Assembly: GCA_025201805.1 (NCBI GenBank)
Contig: MU619303.1
Location: forward strand, 107,565 to 171,564
Reading direction: 5' to 3'
Length of the DNA stretch: 64,000 nucleotides
Origin: Parasitella parasitica NRRL 2501
Lineage: Eukaryota > Fungi > Mucoromycota
Under the pieces are notes generated by a model. That model ran no database searches, had not been told where the DNA came from, and saw only the letters and a list, made by a program, of their open reading frames with translations. The position numbers and the translations under genes were made by a program. Below, piece after piece: positions 52,175-63,632 of the stretch (the stretch's first letter is position 1; each line of letters begins with the position of its first letter).

Positions 52175-53287
52175 TCAAATTGCCGCTTTTCTCAGCTCAA
52201 TCTCCCAATCCTCCATGCCTTCATAGTTGTCTTGTTGGTCTGTTTTCGTGCGATCAATAGGAGAAGGATCTGCTGATGCTGACACAGCTATGTCCTGTTT
52301 ATTGATGTTCTCCTTGACTCCAACTGTTTGTGTGATCTCTTCATTTGCATCCCCCTTTTCTTTCTCTTCATCTTTGAAATCAAATAAAACGTTTTGATCC
52401 GTAGATTTGACGGGTTCAGTAGGAGGATTACTCAAAACGGCTTGTTTAGCTAACGTAACCCTATAAAAGTAGTTTTTCCAAAAAGTGGGCTCGCTGACTC
52501 TACATTACCATGCAATAACAATTAACAAGTATATCCATACAAGCTAGGCGGCAACTTACTGCTGTGGTACTAGTAAAAATCTCAAATGCGATAGATTTTT
52601 GTCTTGTTTTAAGGCTGCTTGGGCACTTTGGCTGTAAGCGTTCAAGTCAAACTGAAAGCTGGTATCTTCTGGTGGGGAAATCAAGAAGTTTCTTTCATCC
52701 TGTAATTAATTGTGTGAGTTTGTGATTAATGCTCGCCTAATAGCATTTCATCTGTAAATGTACATGCCTTGGAAATATCCAAAATAGCCAGCTTCATGCT
52801 AGCTTCATAGCCATGATATCCCTCCCATGGAGCAACATGTTCTACTTGTTACCTACATGATGAGTATCATATATGAATCACCTGGAATGATTGAAACAAA
52901 TACCTGCACCTCGAGATCCATGAGCAACCCCATTTTTTACGTCTGATCTTTTACCCTGGACAAACAATGCTCTTTCTGACTCCAAATCGCCTTGCAGAGT
53001 AGCTATTTGATTTGGAATCTCGCGAGCACGCTGTTGGAGCTCATTGAAACGTTTATTCAGCTCAGGAATCCCTTTTGTCTGAATAGTCTGTGAAAATGAA
53101 GTTACGCTGGAGGTGACGCTAGAGAAAAAAGACCCTCTAAAGAAACTAGAGGATGTAGCGGGTGTAGTAGGCGTTGTAGATAGGGTGCTACTACTTTGAG
53201 TGTTTTCTGAAGGTTTGATGCTGAGCATAAGATCATTTATGGAGCGATTGGCCTGTACGTACCTTTTTCAGCGTTATTATTAGGCAT
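52175..53287 (-). CDS. BSD-domain protein (SYAP1-like), multi-exon
   Basis: APWEGY, DERNFLISPP..FQFD, DKNLSHLRFLLVP..VSEPTFWKNYFYRV, C-terminal DWEIEL. Confidence 0.85.
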
Positions 53288-53787
53288 TATTCAATGGAGA
53301 GTTAAAGAGGGCGCTCCCCTAGTATATCAAGTGGCACATAATATGGCTCGGTAGCAAATTAGAATTGAAGATCAGATTTATCTTGGCTATATTGTTTTAA
53401 GCGATCCTTCAACAATCCGCTGGTAATATGAATAGCAGTTGGCCACTAGCCAAAATGCACATGCCAAATAAGCAAAATTTGGTAAATCTACATTAATGCT
53501 AACTCAGTGAGGCGAATCAAGATGCTCATAACAATATACGGTTGTGCCTTGATTTCTTGAGCGCGTAACAAAGTAATTTACAAGGGCAATGCTGCAACTG
53601 GTCAGAGATAACGCTACCAGCATAGTCTATTCATGCCTACTGTGCAAGCGTATTTACATAAGCTTCGTACTTGCATTAGCATAGCTCAAATGGTTCATGT
53701 TCATCTAAAACGTCACAATTTTCATGTCAAAAGGGCGTAAAAAGACCTTTTACCTTCTGTGTCTGCGGTATAACTATATCTTTCACA

Positions 53788-55440
53788 ATGGGTCAATGGG
53801 TAAGTTTGTCATTATACAGGAAAAAATGCTCATTTGTACCAACCACTCGTAGAAATTTGTTTTACCACCTACACCTAGTCAGTATTCAGCAAAGAGAAAA
53901 CGCAGCCTTTCAATAGAAGATCCTCAAAGTAAAAAGAAGAATCATTACAGCTTGAGTCCAGCACTAGATAACACCAAACCAGATTATCTTTGGGTAGACC
54001 ACTATGCACCAAAAACAGTGGTAAGTACGCTATCAGTACATCGAGGTCAATACTAAGATTTCATTTTACAATGATAGGAAGATGTCTGTGTTCGAGGCGA
54101 TAAAGTTAAAGAATTACGGACCGCAATTGAACACTCGTCCATTGGAAGCAGGCAAGGACATACAAAGATACTATTGCTGACAGGCCAATCTGGCATTGGT
54201 AAGAGTACGCTTGCACGGCTGCTGTGCAAGTCGATGGATTATGACATAGTAGAATGGACAAACCCTGTCAACGACTACGACTCAACAGAAACGCATGTGC
54301 ACACAATGACGCTCTTCAGCCAATTTCTATCTTCGGCCATATTGAAAGGATCTCAACAACAAATTATATTTTTAGACGACATGCCTGATATAACAACCGA
54401 GGGGATCAAGCAACAACTACATTCCCTTCTGAAAAATATTGTATATTCTTCTGCAAAGTTCTTGCTGATTATAATCGTTACAGACGCCTGGATGGAGTCT
54501 TCGTCCTCTTCGTTCACTAATTATGACAGCAAGCTGAATAGACACATTGATATATTGCCTACAGAGTTGAATTCAGATTTACGAGTCAGACAGATCAAGT
54601 AAGTTTCTGGATGTGCAGCCGCTTAAACAGACCTACTACTAAGCCAGACTGTGCAGATTTAATCCAGTTACAAGAGCAAACATGACAAAGGCATTGAAAT
54701 CCATTCTGGCTCAAGAGGGTGTCACCGTACAAAAAGAAACTTTCGACGAATCAATAGAAAAGAGTGATGGCGACCTTCGAGCAGCCATCAACAATATGCA
54801 GTTTAGCTCTCTCCATACATTGATATCCAAAAACAAGCTGCCAGCCAAAAAGAATTCGACAGAAAAAGCGCGGTTTGACGACAAATTGGGCCCATTGACC
54901 TTGTTCCATGCTCTGGGAAAGGTTCTCTATGCGAAAAGAAACCCCAACGGCACATACGAATCCGAGCCAGAACACATTTTAGCGAAATTGCCTGTGGACA
55001 ATGACATGTTCATCTCATATCTGCACCAAAACTATTCTGAATTCTTTGACGATATGGATTCCTGTACGAGGCTGTTGGAATATATGAGCGATGCGGACAC
55101 AATACGCTCACAGCTTGACTGGCAGGACACCCATGCGAGCATCTATCGTGGTTTAGTGAGTATCAGGGGCGTTATGATCAACCCGCCTCGAAAGAGCATC
55201 ACATACAGAAAGCAGCCGTTTGAAAAGCCCAGGTTTTATCAAGCACAGCTGGAAACAAGGCAGCATAAGCTTGAAAAAACCTATAGTGAATTCATGGCAT
55301 CTGTGCACTGCAGAGCTGAGGCTTTCCGATCGGAAGAGCAGATGGAATACCAAGAGGACCCTGTGGAAGATTTCAGTGAGGATGAATTTGATGATATTTA
55401 TGGCGATGATGATGAGTTGGCTGCCTTCATGGATTACTAA
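53788..55440 (+). CDS. RAD17: Checkpoint clamp loader Rad17 (budding-yeast Rad24), 4 exons
   Basis: LWVDHYAPK, LLTGQSGIGKS, IVEWTNP, FLDDMP, KFNPV, SDGDLRAAINNMQF, LTLFHALGKVLYAKR, YLHQNY. Confidence 0.9.
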
Positions 55441-55530
55441 ATATCTTTTATTTGCTATATTGAATGTTTTATTTTGCGATTATGCGTGTATATTTTGTAT
55501 ATCTATAAATTATAGAAGTACATAGCTTTT

Positions 55531-55920
55531 CTAAAACTTTGCGTTGACGCCGGTATCCTTTAAAATCTGTTGTAATTTGCCAGAATCATAAGCAGACTTG
55601 AGGGCATCAGAACCACCAATATGCTGTTGATTGATGAAAATATTGGGCACAGTCTTTTGTTTTGTCAACTCTGCTAGTGCCTTTTGAATGGCTTCTCCAT
55701 CTTTATGATCGTTCAATTCTAAGGCTTGGTAATCTACGTGGATATCGTCAAATAAATCTTTGGCTCCAATACAATATGGGCAGTAAGATTTGCTGAAAAT
55801 CTATTCATGTCTAATTAGCTTTCGATTTGTTGGTTGTTTAAAGAGAAATATTACCATGACTTTATTGTCTGCAATAGCCTTCTTGACAAGATCTCTAATC
55901 CCTTGAGTGACGATTGACAT
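55531..55920 (-). CDS. Dithiol glutaredoxin (CPYC), 2 exons
   Basis: IFSKSYCPYC, QKTVPNIFINQQHIGGSD; ends NAKF*. Confidence 0.93.
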
Positions 55921-56168
55921 GTTTCTACGGTATAAGCAAACCAAGTTGAAAGAGAAAAAATGTTGCTTGAGCAAGTTTTTATACGAAAGCTTGATAGGTT
56001 TTCTCTCGGACCGGGATTATTAATCGATTGCTTTTTGAAAAGATTCCAACTAATCATCTCTTTCTTGTATCAACTGGTTTACGATTACTCATACTAATAT
56101 CACATTCGCAAGTAAATGGTTCTATCTGATGCAAGCTTATCAAGCCTCGATTTCACAATCATGTAACC

Positions 56169-58880
56169 GATGTCCGCACTTAAAAGTGTTAATAGTCTAG
56201 ACAAATGTTGTGTATAGAAAAATCATCTTATTTTATATATACGAGTATATATATCCAGTTTTAATTGTATATCTATTTCGTATATTAAAACAATTTTTAC
56301 AATTGTTCACTGCTTATAGTATATTTAATCATAAGTACTTATCTTCTGGTTGTGTCTGCTAATGCTACTCCGTCATCTGCTCAAAGCTTGAGTGCTTCGT
56401 TATTCCCTGATCCTTTGGAGGATTTTGATTTGGAACCCTTGAATGATGTTTTGGTTATTGCGCCTGGTGGTGGTGTTGATGTCCCTGGTGGGGACAAATA
56501 GATAGTCCTGGTCGTAATACTGATCTGAGCGCTGAGGTGAATTCGGGTCATGACAATACGGCTATGTCTTTGCTGGGTGACAAGGATAATGTGATGTCCT
56601 GGTCCAACGAGCAAGATCTTGATTGTATGAGTTACAATGAGTTTGATGAAGAAGAGGCTGTGGATGAAAAAGGGATTCGAGTGGATAAATCCAAGTGCAC
56701 AAATGTGGCAAATTGGCCTATTCCGAAAACAAAGAAGCAGATCCAGCATTTCTTGGGTTTGGTCAATTACTTGCGTACACATAAATATATTGAGTTACGA
56801 CGCCGCTCATGGATTTGATAAAGATAGCAAAGTGTTGGACAGAGATTCATACAGAGTGGTTGAGGCAATTAAGAAATTTTACAAGCGGATTGACTATTGA
56901 ATTATCCTGATTTTGCCAAAGAATTTGTCATTGCCTGTGATGAGAGTTTATATGGAGTTGCCGCTGTCATTTATCAGGAAGATGATGGAGGACGCCATAA
57001 GCATGAGGGTTTATCTCAAGTACATTGAGTCTGGCTCAGTGAAGATGGTCAACAACAAAGAGAGAACTGTACGCGATTATGTTGGCATTGTAAAATTTTA
57101 AAACGTATGCATATGGACGCTCGTTTCGCATCTTGACAGATCATCGAGCTTTAGTGTATTTACATTTTCAGAAGATGGTAAACCCAATGATGGCAGGATG
57201 GATCGAGACACTGTTAGATTTCAATTTTTAAGTGGTTCGTCTTCCGGGAGCGATGAATACCTTCCAGATCTGTTGAGCCGTTTGTACCCTTCCATTGAGA
57301 TTAAAAATACGTAAGTACTGTTAGAAGAAGGTGAGATAACAAGCAAGTTGCGGTCCAAGAAGAGTTTTGTGCGCCGTAAAGATGGAAAGATGGTGAGAAA
57401 GATAAAGTATAGTCATGACAGGTCTTTGAATATTTTTGCGACCCAAGTGGTGGAGAACAAGAAAGAGAGTCTGGACTACATGACCACTCCTGACAAGGAT
57501 AGAGATAGCATTTGCAAGAAATTCATCAATTCGAGCATTTCGGGGCACAAGCAATTGTAAAAGAAGTTCAATCTCAAGGATCGCATTGGGCAAATGGGTA
57601 TGAAGAAGCTAAGAAGTTATTAAGTAACTGTCCTGAATGTCAAAAGCACAATATCAGCAAGCGTGGTTAGCATCCCTTGAAGAACGTAGCTTCATTGCAA
57701 CCTATGTCACATTGTTCTGTTGATTTGGCGCACCCTTTGACGCCAACCTTGATTAGATATGTATACGTGATGGTAATTACTGATATTTGTACCAAGTATA
57801 TTATTGTGTGTCCATTGAAAACGAAGGAGTCTACTAGTGTGGCTCGTAAATTGATTAAGGTGTTTGGTGATTATTCTTTTCCAATCGTGCTTCAAAGCGA
57901 CCACGGCTCAGAATTCGAGAATGCGTTACTACAATCAATCTCTGAAAATCTAGGGATTCAGCGAAATTATTCGACACCGTATGCACCAAGAGGGAACGGT
58001 ATTGCCGAAGCAAGTGTGAAAATCACAATTTATACATTGCCGAAGATGTGCAAGTCCAATGCGAGAGAAGGGAGCGCTTACTTGCCCTTAGTACACCTAT
58101 CAGTTAATCGATACGTGAAGAGTAAGTCGCTGACTTCGCTGTTTTCTTTAATGTTTGCGCGCCGGATAACACTTCCAGACGATTATGCGAATAAAGACAA
58201 ATATCCGATTCCCAAATATATCATGTCCGTTGAGAAGTTAGACGAGAGAATCGACTACATGCACAATTTTGTGCTCCCAGCTATCAACGAGCGAGAAAAG
58301 AAGATCAATGAGACTATGCGCAAGCGGTTTGACAATAATCACATGATAGTCGATATTCCAGTGGGAGCTCATGTTATATGGTGAAAGTGAGTCAAAGACT
58401 TAGTAAGTTGAGTCCAATTTATGATGGCCCATATATAGTCATTCGTCGCAATCAAGGTGAGTCATATGAACTCAAAGACGAGATGAGTGAGATTTTGCAT
58501 CACAATTATGCGCTATCAGAACTTAAGGTGGTGAATGTGGATGAGAATGCTATTGACGATGAGTATTTTGAGATCGAAGCTATTAGGGATCATCGTGGAA
58601 GAGCAGCTAATCGTAGGTATTTGATCAAGTGGAAATGTTATGGCGAGCGAATGTTTCCTTGGATTACTGCAGACAATGTTTCAGATCCACTTAACCTGCA
58701 GCAATATTGGAAAAAGCATGTTCAATTCAGAAACAAGAAGAGGAGCGTACTTTAAAGCGAGCGTCTACAACTCTGCCTCGTATGTTCAAGAAACGAAGAC
58801 TCATTCAAAGTATATCAAAGGAGGCAGCAGCCTCAACGTCGAGGATAGAATAGAGGGAGGGATTCCCCTGGTGTGGCATG
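56169..58880 (+). mobile_element. Decayed Ty3/gypsy chromovirus retrotransposon (RT/RNase H, integrase, chromodomain) with possible 5' LTR remnant
   Basis: WPIPKTKKQIQHFLGLVNY, FVIACD, FRILTDHRAL, CPECQKHN, SVDLA...QSDHGSEFEN...STPYAPRGNGIAE, GPY, chromodomain FEIEAIRDHRG...YLIKWKCY; multiple stops and frameshifts; purine-rich tract ~58841-58862. Confidence 0.92.
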
Positions 58881-58990
58881 TGTCGAGAAGTGGGTATTCT
58901 TATTTGTTTACCGGTTTGTAGCTACGTGATCTGGTTCTGTCTTTTTTCCTTATTGGGTTTTGGCATGTTCAAGCTTTTTAAGGGTTTTAA

Positions 58991-59057
58991 TAATAATTTG
59001 AGTCTCGCTAATGACTTTTCATCCATCTTCCATCCATCTTCCATCCATCTTTCATCC
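58991..59057. repeat. TAATAATTTGA...(CATCCATCTTY)n motif, copy 1
   Basis: 11-bp unit repeated ~3x; homologous to 61869-61921. Confidence 0.75.
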
Positions 59058-59518
59058 TCTGGCCCTATTACACCCATATTTGAAGCTCAGAATTAAATTT
59101 CTAATGAGGAGAATCACTTTTTCGAGGTATACTCGCCATTAGACATCTCCTGGGGCATTTGAATTACTTTGTATCAAAATCCTTGAAGAAATTGAGAAAT
59201 TTTCAACAAATCCCCTCCCCCTTTTGCATGATTTACGAAAAGCAAGCCCATTTTTTTTCGCTGATTGAAACGTTAGCATTATGAATAAAGCTCCAATTTG
59301 CATCAAAATAAACGGTTACTAGATTTTATTGCAGTTTAATAGCTTTGAATCCATTCTGAAGTGATCAAAATATCTCGATTTCAAAAGCTTTGTCATGATC
59401 TGCTTTGATCTTCTTTGCTCTACCACCAGCCAAAATTTGAGCCTTTCATTTCATGTATGTTCAAGAAAGTGAAATAACTGCTCAATACAACATAATTATT
59501 ATCAAGTTTATTCAAATA

Positions 59519-60860
59519 TTATTTGTTGGCACAAAATTTTCTAGAAGAAGCACCAGGACAATCTTGTTTTCTACAATTTTGGCAGGTTCTTCTTGCTTTA
59601 ATATAGCTGTCAGTTGAGCCAGATGGACTTGGTTGCATATTTTGAGCTGTAAGTGATGGCATATGTTGAGGTTGTGACATATAGGTGAATTTTGGCATAG
59701 ATTAAGGCGTAGGGTGAAAGGAAGGTGACACAGATTGAGGCATAGAGTTAAAGGAGGGCGGCATAAGATAAGCAGGGTACATAGATTGATAATTTTGTGG
59801 CATTTCTTACAAGTATGTTTGAAGGCGAAAAAGAGGGAGGAATGGCATTAGTTGATGATTGTATTCGAGGCAGAGAAAGCTCTGGTTTTTTATTACTGTT
59901 TGAGGGTTCCCCAGAAGAAAAGAAGGACTGTTGGTACTTGGAAATTGCAAGTGGTCGTTTGCTGGCAAAATGTCGTTGGTATGCTTTCGCTTTCTATACT
60001 GTTTTTGTTTAAGATCTCATCAACAGTTTTGACCTTTTCTTCGTTGACTTGAAGAGAGTTGTAGTACTTGCTCTTATCTTTTGTCTTCTCGAAGTACTGT
60101 TTCAAGCTTTCTGCAGTCTTGTAGAAAATGTTTTTACAGAGGATATTATCGCTCAATTCTTTTGACCATGCAGCAGAAAGCTTCTGCCAGTAGTCTGATT
60201 GATTGATGCCAGAAGCTAAAGAGACTGTAAGCCTAAGCTTATGGTAAAGTCTTACCTCTTTATCAGTATGCACCGGCGTAATCGCATGCTTTGTATCTTG
60301 CATATACAAAACATAATTGTACTGCATGTTCCCAAATATTGAATGAATCTTTGGCTTAATGAATATTGATGGATTGCCACAAAGACCCAATTTTTCTTTT
60401 GTTGTGAAATACTTTTGAGAATTCTGGTATTCCCTCTCATGCTTCTTCATGTTGTAGATATTTAGCAATGATGTGACAGCTTGCTAATACCAATTGCACC
60501 TCATAAAGTTTATGGCTTGTTGAATCCATGGAAAAAAGCGGCCTTTGTAAGCAACACCATGCCTGTTTTTTGATCTGAAGTATATCATTTTCTGTCCTTG
60601 GCTCAGGAACATTTGCTTGTAGGCTATTGACAGCTGTACTATCCTGTGCACTACTTTGAAAAGAATTGCTACTGCTATCAATGGATTCTACAAAATTACT
60701 ACTGCTTAAGGATGGTAATTTTCGTGACATAAATTCTAAAATCGATTTGTTGGGCTTAATGGCATTGGTGCCACTACTTGATTCACTCTGATCTGCCATA
60801 ATGTAGGTTAGGAGATCATGATAGTGTACTTCAATTGAAGATTGGAGATTGTCCAATGAT
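59519..60860 (-). mobile_element. Decayed repeat-associated ORF with C-terminal CxxC-C-C zinc finger (probable DNA-transposon remnant)
   Basis: Frameshifted fragments TKHAITPVHT..E..LY and IFYKTAESLKQYF, Pro-rich linker, then RRTCQNCRKQDCPGASSRKFCANK*; lies among other TEs. Confidence 0.6.
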
Positions 60861-61307
60861 GTGTTGTTATACTGGTCGAAACAGGAGAATAAAGTCTTTG
60901 TTTCAAATCAGGAAGGTTATCTGTAACACAGATCTGTATGATTGACAAACAATAAGGTACTGTCAGATCAAAGATCAATAACCTTGTAGTATAATAATAC
61001 ATCGTACCCTGTTAAGGATATGATGTTGCTTGCAAATTATTCTTATCGATTAGTATCGACTAGTATTTTAAATAAGTCACCAAAAATTTATGTTGTTGTA
61101 AAAAGTATAAATTGATCTGCCATAATTATAGACAGAAGATCATGACAATGTACTTCAATTGAAGATTGAAGATTGTCCAATGATGTGATGTGATACGCTT
61201 GTGTAAATTGGAGAATAAAGTCTCTGTTTCAAATCAAGAAGGTTATACCTGTAAATAACACAGATCTGAGCACCAGGATAAAGGTTAAGGCTCTGTCAGA
61301 TCAAAGA
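60789..61307. repeat. Local direct duplication (~190 bp): 60789-60975 and 61113-61307
   Basis: tgatctgccataat...tgtacttcaattgaagattg...ggagaataaagtct.tgtttcaaatca.gaaggttat...ctgtcagatcaaaga present in both copies. Confidence 0.9.
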
Positions 61308-61868
61308 CGTGTAGCCCTTGCTNNNNNNNNNNNNNNNNNNNNNNNNNNNNNNNNNNNNNNNNNNNNNNNNNNNNNNNNNNNNNNNNNNNNNNTTTTCGTA
61401 TCTCGTTAACCTTTGGTTTTTTTATTATCTTTTTGATCCAACATAAATAGCAGATGCAAAGTTGAATCTTTAATAAAGTAATCTCAAGTTTTCGTATCTC
61501 GTTAATTCAAGGTTTTATATTATACTTTTCTTATTTCGGTCTTGCAGATCTCAACACACTCTGTCTATTTTTTTAGACATAATATTTGGTCATTTAGGAT
61601 AATTAGAAATGATAAAAAAGTAAAAAAGACAAATTTTGATCCTCGAAAATCAATCTGTGTTATGTAAAAGGGCATCCCTTTGAAAAGACTACCATAAGTA
61701 GCTTGTAGAATCGTGCTTCGTTTTGCAATTTGATTTATTTCAGTAACCAAAATTCCAAGTGTACCAATTAAGACTAAGCCTGGAGATTCAATATTTTTCG
61801 GAATACGCTTCGCAAGTTAAATGTTTAGCAATTTCATTGGCCACTCTAACTCCACATACTTGTTTTGA

Positions 61869-61921
61869 TAATAATTTGAATTCCGCTGATCGCCTTTCAT
61901 CCATCTTTCATCCATCTTTCC
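61869..61921. repeat. TAATAATTTGA...(CATCCATCTTT)n motif, copy 2
   Basis: taataatttgaattccgctgatcgcctttcatccatctttcatccatctttc vs 58991 copy. Confidence 0.75.
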
Positions 61922-62155
61922 AATTTTACTTGACCCTTGCTCAAATTGATATAAAAGAACCGGCAAAAGAAAAAACCCCGTTTATCTAGTCATGAAAATT
62001 TCAAGGAATCTAGCAATATGCATGTTTTTTTATGTGGACTATACGGAAGAAAATGTTAAAAAATATACAAGTAGACTTAAAAGATCTTGGTGACGTTGAA
62101 ATTTGCTACAACATGGAACCAAATCAACCCATCTTGGTCTCAATGGAGCGAATCC

Positions 62156-63400
62156 TTAATGATCCTGAAAGTTATCATTTATTATTCTGATAACTACTAA
62201 TTTATTTAGATCTTTGAATACAATATTTTCTATTCTCAAATTTTTGCAATGAACTATCTCATCTTTAACTAATCTCTCAGTGTCGAAAATAAACACCTCA
62301 TTGCATTGGGCAAAGGTTTCCACCGCAATCTTTTTTAAAGAGGGATTTGCCTCAACCAAGCTAACGATATCTTCACATCTTGTTGTTATACCTGAGAGTT
62401 ATATGAATAACGATTATTTCCAAAGACAATTAAATAAAGAGACTACAAGCGATTATATCACGGAGAACGTAGGGTCTTTATTAAAGATTGAAAAGGAAGC
62501 CAGGATTGCTCTGGTTCTGGTTTCTAAAAGTCTTTATACAATTGCATTTGAATGTCAGTGTCAATATTGGAATTGAGATGAGATTCAACCTTCAATTAAT
62601 AGGCGAAAACCGACAATACCAGCAAAGTCAATGGTGACCAAGCAAACATCATGCTGAACAGATTTGAGGTAGACAAGCAAGTCTTTCGTGTTGCCATCAA
62701 CACTAAGCACGTTCACAATATCTTTTGAGTTACCTTGTAAATCACGCGATACGAGCGGCGAGGAGGCTAAGCTACAAGGTGAAACGAATATCTTTGTTGC
62801 AAAAGATCGTTCTTTTAAATTTAACACCATGCATTTCAAGAGTCTTGTCCTAAAAGTAACTTCTTCATTTGTTGGCGATTTTCGGGCATAGCCTACAATT
62901 TCATATCTATTTTTTTCAAGGTTTTTCAATGATTCTTGGTACTTTGGCAAGTAAGAGCAAATGGAGTTGATAAGGTCATCTACAATTAAATACGTTAGAG
63001 ATTCTTTTAATAATTCTGCGTGATGTGTCAATTTCCTAACCGGAACATAAACTCAATCTTGAACACCATTCAGGAATTTGGAGTCAGCTATAATTAATAA
63101 GTTTTATAAGAAGAGATGATTATTTGTTATAGATCAGTATAAACTGATCATCTCATAAAAAGAATCTCCGTAAATATTATGAATATGAACTTCAAATTAC
63201 CCCAGAATATTCCACAAAGATCACAATCATCAAGACCAGCAGGCTAGCATGGATTTAAGAAGACGTAATCCAAAATGAAGAACAAATAGATGCAACTCCA
63301 ACACTCTTTGAATCCGCCATTGGTTATCTCTTTATCAATCCTTGCTGCCAAGATTCCTGGATGAATAATCCAATATAATTTAGGTTCATATCCATAATCA
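62156..63400 (-). pseudogene. Decayed repeat-family gene with serine-recombinase-like IVGYARKS motif
   Basis: 62585..63031 ORF YEIVGYARKSP...KIFVS...RD...CLVTIDFAG; broken in-frame pieces upstream (63100-63400) and downstream (62156-62359). Confidence 0.6.
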
Positions 63401-63448
63401 TTTACTTTTGGAAAACTAGTATAAAAAGATAGCTTTTAAATGACATTT

Positions 63449-63632
63449 TGATGATCTTCATCTAAAAAATAAATAACAGTTTTAAAAATAAAGTATTTTT
63501 TATATATTTTTACTAGTAATTTCACATTATCTTTATTATTTAGAATACAAGATAATCCACACTGAGAAAAGGAAAGAGATGAAGAACATCATAGATTATT
63601 TATATTTTCTGGAAACATGAGTGCGGACATCA
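63449..63632 (-). mobile_element. Possible LTR remnant
   Basis: Bounded by TGATG...CATCA; minus-strand start TGATGTCCGCACT shares 12 nt with 56169-56180 upstream of the gypsy remnant; no TSD seen. Confidence 0.4.

Noticed and set aside
63621-63626. GTGCG as a group II intron 5' end
   Set aside because: Also explained as part of the LTR-like terminus; no domain V visible in the window
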